Under the pieces are notes generated by a model. The model made no database searches. It saw nothing but the letters and a program-made list of their open reading frames with translations, and had not been told where the DNA came from. The translations under genes were made by a program, and so were the position numbers. 64,000 bases of DNA from Octopus vulgaris (taxonomy: Eukaryota), in assembly GCA_951406725.2 (NCBI GenBank), contig OX597816.1:22506001-22570000 (forward strand). The letters run 5' to 3'. This document shows positions 27,143-37,914 of the stretch, piece after piece. Position 1 is the first letter of the stretch; every line of letters starts with the position of its first letter.

Positions 27143-27526
27143 TACAGGGTAAATGTTTTTTAATTTTCTCCTGGTTTACGGAATTGATGTTATTTTGCGG
27201 TTAAAGCTTTTGGCTGTTATTTCTAGTGGGTGAATGGCCTATTATGGCCGTTCCTTGATTGTGATGTTGAACTTAAAAATGGTTTATGACTATTTAATTT
27301 TTTCCCACTAGGCCGCTAGTGGCAAAAGAATTCTACAAAATTTTTTTTGGCACCCTATATTGATTAATTATGAATTTTCTGCTTAATTCCGTAATGGAAT
27401 CGGCGGCTTATATTTATTTGCTGCCGATAAATTTGGCGCGAGTGCGACGATTTGAAAATTTTAGGTCAGATATTGCCGAGGTAGCAACGAGAATGCCTCG
27501 TGAAAAATATCTGTTCCGACTTGGCT

Positions 27527-27633
27527 ATTTCTTACTGATGAATCTAAGGGCCTATGGTAGATTGGCTTGATTTAATTTAATCAGGTTAGTTTACCATTAA
27601 ACGGTAGATGAAACGGTGCATCGTCTAAGAAAT
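27527..27633 (+). ncRNA. Type I hammerhead ribozyme, array unit 4
   Basis: Same motif; GTC ends 27625. Confidence 0.9.
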
Positions 27634-27751
27634 TACAGGGTAAATGTTTTTTAATTTTCTCCTGGTTTACGGAATTGATGTTATTTTGAGGTTAAAGCTT
27701 TTGGCTGTTATTTCTAGTGGGTGAATGGCCTATTATGGCTGTTCCTTGATT

Positions 27752-27787
<36 letters not shown>

Positions 27788-27918
27788 GTGTCTGGTTTTA
27801 AAAGCCACGTTAGACGCCATGACGGATCTAAAGTGTAAGTACAATAACTGGTCTGATTCTGCATAAGGCGCAAACAACCACCATATGCATATACATGTAT
27901 ACATACACACATACATAC

Positions 27919-27969
<51 letters not shown>

Positions 27970-27976
27970 TGTGTGT

Positions 27977-28225
27977 CACAGCTTTGCAATGTTCCTCTAC
28001 CCTTATTTTGAGGGGGCGGCATATTTCGCCTTTGTATAACCTACCACAGCTGCATGGGATGGAGTACACACAGTTTTTGGTCATATTCTCATCTATTGGT
28101 GGTTTTACCCGAAGAAGATATTTGGGAAGTGTTGTATTACTCTTGATGACTGTCCTGTTGTCATATGGGCCGCATATCTTTTGCATCCTTTCGGAGAGGC
28201 CTTTCACATAGGGTAGTTTCAAGAT
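27977..28225 (-). pseudogene. Penelope (Poseidon-type) thumb/GIY-YIG fragment
   Basis: LPYVKGLSERMQKIC...KNCVYSIPCSCGRLYKGE.CRPLKIRVEEH.KAV. Confidence 0.85.
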
Positions 28226-28811
28226 CAGATGCGCAGTTGGTGCTATTTCATGCAAATAGACGCAGAAAATATTTTATAATCAATCTTTTCCATTTTCGGA
28301 GATGAAGTAGATTGCGACTAAAATATCGACTGACTATTGCTTGCAGAAAATTGCATCAAGTGCGCATCCCTACTTGAATTTGGAAGCTACTACCAGTATA
28401 TCTTCGTCCTTGTTATTATTGAGGAAATTCTGGGATTGTGAACTAGGAAAACCCTATCTATATACAACCTGATTGGCATACAGGTTCGATAAGTATATAA
28501 TCACTATTTCATAGATACACAGCAACATATTTGCATGTATGTATATCTTCATTTAGGCAAACACATGTGTGTGTGTTTGTGTGTCTGTGTTTGTGTGTCT
28601 ATGTCTGTGTGTCTGTGTCTGTGTGTCAGTGTGCATAGATAATATAAGTATCCAAGTGAGATGGAATTTTTTTCAGATCCTCAACATGGAAAAATTACAA
28701 TATACACAAGTTTCTGACTTTGTTTATGAGGGAATAAAATATCATTACTGCTTAAAATTTCCAATTTGGTTTAATTAGACTGGTTGGGGAATACAAAATA
28801 TTTTGATATAT

Positions 28812-29110
28812 TAACCATGTGTCACGGTTGGATCCACGTAAAGCAACTGGGCCTGATGGTATTCCAGACATTGTTCTTCAGAAGTGCTCTCCTGAGTTGT
28901 CTTCTATCGTATGTAGGGTCTTCCGAAAGTCTATCTTAGAATCTTGTTTTCGTTCTTTACGAAAATTCCCAACTGTTGTTCCTGTCTTTAAGAACTGTGA
29001 TGATCGTGCTGGACGGTCTACTGCTGATCTTCTCACTGTTATATCCGACTGTGGCTAACGTGCCTTAAACGTATCTGGTCAAGCTAAGGTAGTTGCTCTT
29101 AATATCTTAA
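28812..29110 (+). pseudogene. CR1/Jockey-like LINE RT fragment with internal deletion
   Basis: LDPRKATGPDGIP..VLQKCSPELS...VVPVFK joined to RSTADLL...ALN..GQAKVVAL. Confidence 0.75.
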
Positions 29111-29229
29111 TATCTACATTATGGATTATATTGCCTCTAGGGTGATTTTAATTATAGCGTAAATACACTCCCTTTGCAAAGCATTAACAGAATTTAACTA
29201 TTATAAAAGAAATAACACATACGTTTGAT

Positions 29230-29317
29230 GTGGAATTTGAACTCAGAACATAACGGTAGCCGAAATACCGCTAAGCATTTCGCCCGGAGTGCTAACGATT
29301 CTGCCAGCTCGCCGCTT
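29230..29317 (-). mobile_element. SINE family A head
   Basis: ggaatttgaactcagaac...ctaacgattctgccagctcgccg. Confidence 0.8.
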
Positions 29318-30819
29318 TAAAATATATTCGACAGCATTTTAATCCAGGAGGAGTTGATCATGTAACACCCGTTTCTTGTTTAGCTTTATATATTCTGTAG
29401 TTTTCTACCACTTTACTCCAAAGCATGAGTTTATTGACTAGTAACAACTGTTCACCATGCCTAAGTGAAATTGTAAAATAATATAATTGTTTACAGCTAC
29501 TTAGCTCAGAATTCTTTTTTTAAATTTTCACCAAGCTATGGTAACTTGCTTTTAGAAATAAAGAATATTTTTTGTTTTAATGTATGTCTATCTTAGTTTA
29601 TTTAGTTGTGAATGAGATAGTAATTTACTTAGAATACTGATGCAAATAAATCTTAATACTGTCGTAATGCAGAAAATTTCCAGTAATGTGTAGGATTAAT
29701 TTTATGAATATCCGTCAATAAGTATCATATTTACATACACCGCTTGATCGTTGAATACAGGAAACTTCAATTTTTATTTTCCACTAGTTTAGCATATGTA
29801 ATTAGCTTTCACTGATTTCAGATAAAATTATTTCAACATTTTTAATGTAATCGCAATAAAGTATACAAATACATAAGATTTAATTACAACCATTGACAAT
29901 TTGAAATTAATTTACATATCAAAGAGAATATTATAGAAAAGCTGAAAAGCATGAAACGGTTTAGTTTTTAGACATGATCAATATTAAACATAAAATAATG
30001 TACATAAAAAGAAAGATAATTTTAATCGAATTCTCATCAATTTCTGTATAAGTAAATAACATCTATTTACTGATTCTACTTCTATAAACAAAATAAAAAT
30101 ATGATACTAATCTAAATTTCAACACGGGGAACTAGCATATTTAAAATGTGAAATCGCTTCATATTATTAAGAAATGCGCATAAAAGGTATGAAAAAAATC
30201 AGTTGTTGTACGAAAGTTGTTACATGCAAATCCCCCAAAATATAATAAAATATAACAGAATGTGTAAATGTAATATTTGCCAATATTTAATAAGAAATGT
30301 ACCACAAGCATCGTAACATTTCAATAGATGTTTCTGAACACTATAAAAGACACCTGCATGAGCTAGTTTTAGTTCGGCTATAGAATGAGTGTATAGTTAA
30401 TATGAAAAATAATACGCGAATAACAAAATACTATTGTTTGTATTGATAGATACAAAGTTACAATTACAAGTATATTTCTACTAATCAGATTATATCAGGC
30501 AAACGTTAATGTGGTAAACAGAAAGATATATATACCACCCTACCAAACTGACGTTTGGCTATAATCAATTATATTTCCAGACAAGAGAAGAAATTTATAG
30601 AATTCTCAACAGATATTAATCTGTCAATTATAAACATCTGGCATAAATACAAAGATGTTTAGATGCAGCAGAGGTATGTTTTGTTCTCTTGTAACTTCCA
30701 ATAAAATGTCATATTTGTTACATTTGTGGAGAATAGCTTACTGAATACGGGCTGACTTAATGAACTAATTTTACAGATATAGGGAAATTTAACCCCACTC
30801 CGATCCACTATGTACATAC

Positions 30820-30853
<34 letters not shown>

Positions 30854-30963
30854 TCATCTGCACATTCAAAAACGATACATTTCACATATAGACACGCATG
30901 CACACACAGACACAAACACAAACATATATATACATATATAAATGCGTATATATATATATATGC

Positions 30964-31002
<39 letters not shown>

Positions 31003-31023
31003 TTTACGTGTATAACTAATTTA

Positions 31024-31098
<75 letters not shown>

Positions 31099-31102
31099 TT
31101 TT

Positions 31103-31149
<47 letters not shown>

Positions 31150-31180
31150 ATATTTTTATATCTATCTATCTATCTATCAA

Positions 31181-31225
<45 letters not shown>

Positions 31226-31609
31226 ATAAAGCCATATAGATATAACCGTATAAGACTATTATTTCCCATTTTTCTTTACACTAAAACACATACACATACA
31301 GATACACATCACAATATATACACGGCCTCTGCATGTCTCAGCAAATCAGGATTCAGTCAATGGAATGCCACTCTTCACTACACAAGTTTGGGAAACCATC
31401 TTTGTTTTGCTACAAAGAGACGAGTTGTTAGAACATTGGAAAATATGCTTTGCAGCATTTTTTTCTGGCTCTTTATATTCTGAATTCTGAATCCTATCCA
31501 GTTTTTTTCTGTCTTTCGTCATCCTGGCGTCGATGAAATAATGCTCCATTCAAGTACTAGATTATTCACTTCAAATATTGCATCCTCACCCGGTGGCATT
31601 CTGCTTTAA

Positions 31610-32200
31610 GCACGCCATATAACCCCTTATAAACTTTTATATATTTTTAAGAATTTTCAGAAAAAGCGTTGTGCTAATTTGTCTTCTACACAAGTATAAT
31701 AAACCAAAAATATAATATCCAAGCCCTCTTAACCACTACGCCATATGGCGTAGTGGTTAAGCGCGTTGGCTGCTAAACCCAAGATTCCGAGTTCGATTTA
31801 AAGTAGTGACCTGAACAACAATAATAATAAAAGCCAATACAAAGAAGTTTTTTAGTGTGTGATTTAAGGGTGTATGTTTTGGTGTGCGATATAGCTCTTA
31901 TTTACCACACATATCACGACCACCTGATAGCTTCCTCTGACGTATTGATGTTTTTCAATATATTTCTCCCAATAAGCACATTTAATAGTCTATGATGAAA
32001 CTGAAGCAAAAAATTCGAACTGTCCGTATTTTAAACTGAGATTTAAAACAAATTTCGAAAAGCTCAAAAAATTTTTTTAAAGCATTCGAATTTTTTAAAA
32101 TTATGCTCGTTTGAACTCCCGTGAGTAGAACACAAATACGGAATTTTTTTCTGAAAATTTCAAAAAACTAAATAAAGTTATGAAAGTTTATATGGCGTGC
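31610..32200. mobile_element. TTAA-flanked MITE (Kolobok-like target site)
   Basis: TTAA-gcacgccatataa ... ttatatggcgtgc-TTAA; imperfect TIR extends ~55 bp (aattttcagaaaaa / tttttctgaaaatt); no ORF. Confidence 0.7.
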
Positions 32201-32735
32201 TTAAATCATAATTCGACTTTCACTCTCTGAAAATTATTATTCCTCTGCCTAAATCATTTTAGAGACAGCGTTTAGAAATATATTTTCGCAAATCGGTGTG
32301 TAAAAGATTGATAGGCATATAACTTGCAACAGTATCGTTGTGCTGGTTGGTGTAACATTCCAAAAATATTACACCAACGTCTAACAATTTCGGTAATCAA
32401 TCGTCTCAGGTAAGAAGAAAGGCAAATTTCACCTGGATTGGGAGATAATGAAACAAACAGAATTACTTAGAGAAATATTAAAACGTATCATACTCATCAT
32501 AGTCACTGATAGCATACTGTCTTTTACACACACTTGCACGAATACAACATGCATGCACAGACACATATAGACACAAACGTAAATAAATACAGCCGCGAAT
32601 TCAAAGGCTAGCATAAGCATTTGTTGGCTTGGTGTCAGGCGTTTGATGCCAGCGACATATGAATAAGAATACAAATTATTATTATTACTATTATTATTAT
32701 TATTGTTACTATTATTATGAAAGAAATTATCATTG

Positions 32736-32779
<44 letters not shown>

Positions 32780-33334
32780 GAGTAAGAGAGCAGTGCATTC
32801 CATCAAAGTGACACTGGGGTACAAATAAACGAAGCCCAGTATACCCATCATGACTACCCGTCTGATAAGGGTACACCAGGCACATGCATCACAACCATAT
32901 GTGCGCGACATGGTGATCTCATAACAAGATAAACAGCGCATGACCTGGCGGGTGGGGCCCAGTTAGAACTTTCTTCTGGTTGGGTAACCCATCCCACTCA
33001 AAAGGTCCCTGATTAAGGGTTGTTTAAGGATGTTGAATGAAACACCCATGTTTCCAGGGGCGAATCATTCAAACCCCAAAGAATCCCTCTTAACACATGG
33101 CTATGATGCTCCCCCACTACTTCTGCTCGTGATCAGAGATGCACATATCGTCAGCCACTAAGGGACATGCTCAACTGGTTAAGGTCAAGCAACTGACAAA
33201 CAAATCTGTGGTATTGAGCAGAATATTTGCTGTAGCCCATCTTTTATACCAAGACAAAACAATGTACATGATAACACTTCCAATCAGTTAAGATCAGAAG
33301 CCATGAGAGCCACTGCCTGGTACTGCATCAGGGC

Positions 33335-33336
<2 letters not shown>
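32780..33336 (-). mobile_element. ~560-bp TAA element, full-length
   Basis: (TTA)n-gagtaagagagcag...gtactgcatcagggcat-(TTA)n. Confidence 0.92.
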
Positions 33337-33395
<59 letters not shown>

Positions 33396-34089
33396 ATTAT
33401 TATTATTTTGACTAATATGAACAAATGCATGATGCTCTGTAAATCCGCTTCATTCATCACTTCACTTCACCTCTGAATCCATCGTATTAAGTGAATCCTA
33501 CAATATACTTATATTCTGTCCTCCATTTCCTTAGCCTCTCTCTTTTCACCAGCACAATTGCTCTATCTCAAAATGTGATCGCCTTCCCCTATCTCGCTTC
33601 GGCTCTCATACCCCATTCCACTACCACCACCACCACCACCACCAGTCCAATTCATGGTGATGTACAACACTTAAACAAGACCCAGATCTAGTTTCAATGT
33701 TGTGTTGATCGTTTCTGATGGCATCGTCTTTTTTTATATTATATTTTAATCAATTTTAATTATCGAATGTTAAAACTGCATTAATTACCAAGTAATAGGT
33801 ATCTTTAAAATTTTTTGCCAATTAGCGAAAACAGATTTGTTGCATGGAAACAGCCCATTATTTCCTTTCCGTATAAGTACTTTCAGGTTGATGAAAATCA
33901 ATACACTTTATAGGATTACTTACTTTTAGTTAACTGTACAACAACATTCATGTTACGTAGTTGCTTTATATGGTTTAACTGTTGCAGCGTGTGCAAACTC
34001 TGCTATGTCAAACGGTTATGCAAACAACACATATTATTGTAATAACAGTAACTGACAACATTGAAAATAAGATACATTGTATATCACTA

Positions 34090-34685
34090 CATGACACTTT
34101 TGGCAAGTGTCTTCTACTATAGCCTCGAGTCGACCAAAACCTTGTGAGTGGATTTGGTAGTCGGAAACTGAAGGAAGCCAGACGTATATATGTATATATA
34201 TATAGGGCGGAGAGCTGGAAGAAACGTTAGCACGCTGGGCGAAATGCGTAGCTGTATTTCGTCTGTCGTTACGTTCCGAGTTCAAATTCCGCCAAGGTCG
34301 ACTTTGCCTTTCATCATTTCGGTGTCGATAAATTAAGTACCAGTTACGCACTGGGGTCGATGTAATCGACTTAATCCGTTTGTCTGTCCTTGTTTGTCCC
34401 CTCTGTGTTTAGCCCCTTGTGGGTAGTAAAGAAATATATATGTATATATATATATATGTATGTGTGTGTATATGTTTGCGTGTCTGTGTTTGTCCCCATA
34501 ACCGAACTTGATAACTGATGGTGGTGTGTTTACGTCACCGTAACTTAGCGGTTCGGCAAAGAGTCCGATAGAATAAGTACTGGGCTTACAAAGAATAAGT
34601 CCTGGGGTCGATTTCCTCGACTAAAGGCGGTGCTCCAGCATGGCTGCAGTCAAATGACTGAAACGAGTAAAAGAATAAAAGAGTA
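34090..34685 (+). mobile_element. SINE family C with a SINE family A copy (34205-34435) nested in its TA tract
   Basis: Family C halves on each side of a complete family A monomer. Confidence 0.85.
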
Positions 34686-34885
34686 CATTTCATCTGACGA
34701 ATAGTTACAAACGCGCTTTGTAGATAATCTTCCTCTGTGGAATAATATTCAAATGCGCTCAGAGACAGTTTGGCAATGTCAAATTTTACAATGTTCTTTT
34801 CAGCATTCTCCATTTTTGTCTAGTCTCTGTCACTTTATCTCTGTCTCTATTTGTCTCCCGCCCAACCTCTCTCTTTCTCTATGTC

Positions 34886-34995
<110 letters not shown>

Positions 34996-35019
34996 TATAC
35001 ATATATATATTATATATTA

Positions 35020-35079
<60 letters not shown>

Positions 35080-35496
35080 GTGTGTATGATTTCAAACAGA
35101 ATTTCAAAAAGAGAGGGTATAATCCTGTGTTTCACAAACACAAGATATAATCCGGTGTTCCTATCTCTCGCTGGATAGAGTACTTTTTTGCTGATCCGAC
35201 AAACATAATATATACACATAAATACATGCATACCTATATCCACTTTAGCCTCTATTTGTCTCTCTGAGCTCCTCCACTTTTCCCTCACCTTCCGCTACCA
35301 CGTGACTTGTGAACATTCTCATCTCTCTCCCATTCTTGATTCACCTTTAATTCAACCAGTTACTTTTCTCCTATCTCCCTTTCCAATTTCAACATGGTTT
35401 GTTATATTTACCCTTCGTTCAGGTTTCCTGTCATATGGGATATTTTCCATTTTCTCTCCCTTTACCCTATATTCGTCTAGTCTTAGAGCCGCGCGG

Positions 35497-35722
35497 CCTG
35501 AGCTGGCAGAAACGTTAGCACGCCGGGCGAAATGCTCAGCAGTATTTCGTCTGTCGTTACGTTCTGGGTTCAAACACCGCCGAGGTCGACTTTGCCTTTC
35601 ATCCTTTCGGGGTCGATAAATAAAGGAGCAGTTGCGCACTGGGGTCGATGTAGTTGACTTAATCTCTTTGTCTGTCTTTGTTTGTCCCCTCTATGTTTAG
35701 CCCCTTGTGGGCAATAAAGAAA
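35497..35722 (+). mobile_element. SINE family A
   Basis: gagctggcagaaacgttagcacgccgggcgaaatgc...gccccttgtgggcaataaagaaata. Confidence 0.88.
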
Positions 35723-36404
35723 TATATTTGTATAATTATTTTGTCGCATTTTGTTGTGTTTGTTTTCATATTTGTCCCGTACGTGTGTTCGCTATTCCTA
35801 GCAACTTCTCGCTGCTGATACCACCAAATATTAACAGTGTAATCGTTAAAGGCTTGAAACTGTTAATGATCTTTTGGTCCATAACTGACGAGGAATTAGC
35901 AACCTTCTATGAGTGAATTTTCCCTTTCTAGTGTTTTAATGTAAATTTTTCGAACATTTTATTTAATGTAACCCTACACGCTTTCTTCTTATTTTTTGAC
36001 CTATGACACATTTACAAAGTGGGGACAAGCACCCCCAGCAGGTAAGCCTGCACCCAGAGACATGTTTCTGAGTCTTGCTCGTCATCAGTCTGGAGTAGCA
36101 TAACTTGCTAGCTGAAGATACCTGTCTAGACTTTGTAAACATATATAATTTCAGTGAAGTAAATTCACTGATCACCAAAAATAGAAATATTAAATTTCTA
36201 AATATCTCAGAGAGATATAATCAGTGTGGCACGATAGAGCAGTTGTGTACTTTCAACTTAACGTAGCAGTCCCATAAAGGACATCACCTCACCGCTATTT
36301 AGCCCTAGGAAGCATCACCGCTTCCTGTCGGCCTTGACACATTTCCTATGTCCTTTTGTAGATACCCACAACCACACACCTCGCAAACTCTTGCCCCTAT
36401 ACAT

Positions 36405-36625
36405 GCCTACTTAAATATTGGATTCAAATATTTGTCAAAAGGCCACCTATTTAGTGGGGATGGGATTACATGGACTCCGGTGCTCAACTGGTGCTTATTT
36501 TGTCAGCCTCGAAAGGAAGAAAAGCCCAGTCGACCTCGCCACGATTTGAACCCAGGACGCAAAGACGTTCAAAATGTCGCTAACTATTTTGCCCAATGTG
36601 CTAAAAACTCCGCTAGTTCGCCCTT
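36405..36625 (-). mobile_element. Old SINE family A-related copy
   Basis: gcctcgaaagg..agtcgacctcg..atttgaacccag. Confidence 0.6.
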
Positions 36626-37413
36626 TTCACGCCTTTCTTAAATATCGATACGTCTGTCAGTAAGTATACGTATACTGGTATTTCCAAAGCACCTGATATT
36701 ACGAAACACATTAGCTTCTGCTTGATTGCTGCAAAGAATATTAGGCAAATACCGACAAAGAAAACAAATGCAAAAAAAAAAAAAGGAAATAGAAGAAAGG
36801 AGTTAGAATACTAGGAAATATGTCTGCACAACTTTATCTTGACGAATATAATTATATTTGTTTCTTTCTATTGTATTTTCGAATAAAACTCATTCCTATG
36901 TTGTAATCAGTTAAAAGTGTAGTAAAATAAATATTGCCTCTCCATAAAACTTATTGATTACTAGATTTACATTTGTGGTTTCCATAATTGTTTTTGTTTA
37001 TTTATCCTCTAGTGATGATGGTTATATTCTGATTCTCTTTATCTCTTTTTAACGACTGATCATCATAAGATATAGTCTATTTATTTATATGTTTACGTAA
37101 TTGTTCTATGAGTCTCGTTTGTTATTTGTTGATGAGAAAACGCAGCTTTTTTTTTTATCATTTTCATTATTATTTCGTTGCGTATATTTCAGCGGTTGTA
37201 TGGACTGTTCGTGTAGTTGTACTGCTTCTTACTTGCTCATAATTTATATATTATGTTAGACAACATTGTCGACGTTCTTGTTCATGTTGAAATATCGTTG
37301 CTGTTGTTCTTGCCGACATTTCCTTCCGACAGAGCCCGGATGAAATATGTGTTTTCAATGCCGTACTAGTAGTTACCCTCCTGGTTCTGTGCTTGTTATT
37401 TACGTATATCTGA

Positions 37414-37660
37414 AGGCGGCAAGCAGGCAGAATCCTTAGCACGCTGGGCGAAATGCTTAGCGGTATGTCGTCTGTCGCTACGTTCTGAGTTCAAATTCCT
37501 TTCGCCCCAACTTTCTCTCACTCTTTCTTCCTGTTTCTTGAGAAAGGCTGCAATGGACTGGTGGCGTCCGTCCAGCTGCGAGTAACACATACGCCACAGA
37601 AACCGGGAAACCGGGCCCAGGAGCCTGGCTAGGCTTGAAAAGGGCGCATAAATAAATAAA
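37414..37660 (+). mobile_element. Chimeric SINE: family A head plus family B body/tail
   Basis: Family A head to ~37498, then caactttctctcactc...gaaaccgggccc...agggcgca(taaa)n as at 52385. Confidence 0.75.
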
Positions 37661-37914
37661 TTTCTAACAAGATACATCGTCTGATTTGTGTAATATTCCA
37701 CTGTTATCCTTTACAAGACGAAAGCCTTTGTAAAGGTAGTTATATATATATTTCTATTCCATCCACCCTTTCTCCACTTCCGTCTGTTGTTACCATTCCC
37801 CCCGATCTTCCCCTCTCTGCGGCTGAACGCTCCGTCCTTGGTAGGGGTCTGCGTTTCATCCCCCTCACTCCATCCTGTAAGGAATTCCAGACGCGAGTAG
37901 ATGTCCACAGCTTT

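Larger units (their letters stand above)
25381..27756. mobile_element. Hammerhead-containing tandem array (retrozyme-like): ~491-bp unit; minus arm 25381-25965 (~1.2 units) joined head-to-head to plus arm 25966-27756 (~3.6 units)
   Basis: CTGATGA recurs at 26061, 26552, 27044, 27535 (period 491/492/491) and inverted at 25702-25708; units differ by only a few bases; (TA)n on both flanks. Confidence 0.9.

Noticed and set aside
25966-27756. CRISPR array or ordinary satellite interpretation of the tandem repeat
   Set aside because: No unique spacers or cas genes, eukaryotic context; the per-unit hammerhead and TA-flanked inverted arms explain it better.
31346-31600. Possible terminal exon on minus strand (MEHYFIDARM...)
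   Set aside because: Apparent acceptor abuts the MITE end; removing the MITE gives stops in all frames; no recognisable protein.
35090-35210. TA-flanked island with ctatc/gatag hairpin and ccgg, hammerhead-like
   Set aside because: Core nucleotides absent; cannot be supported.
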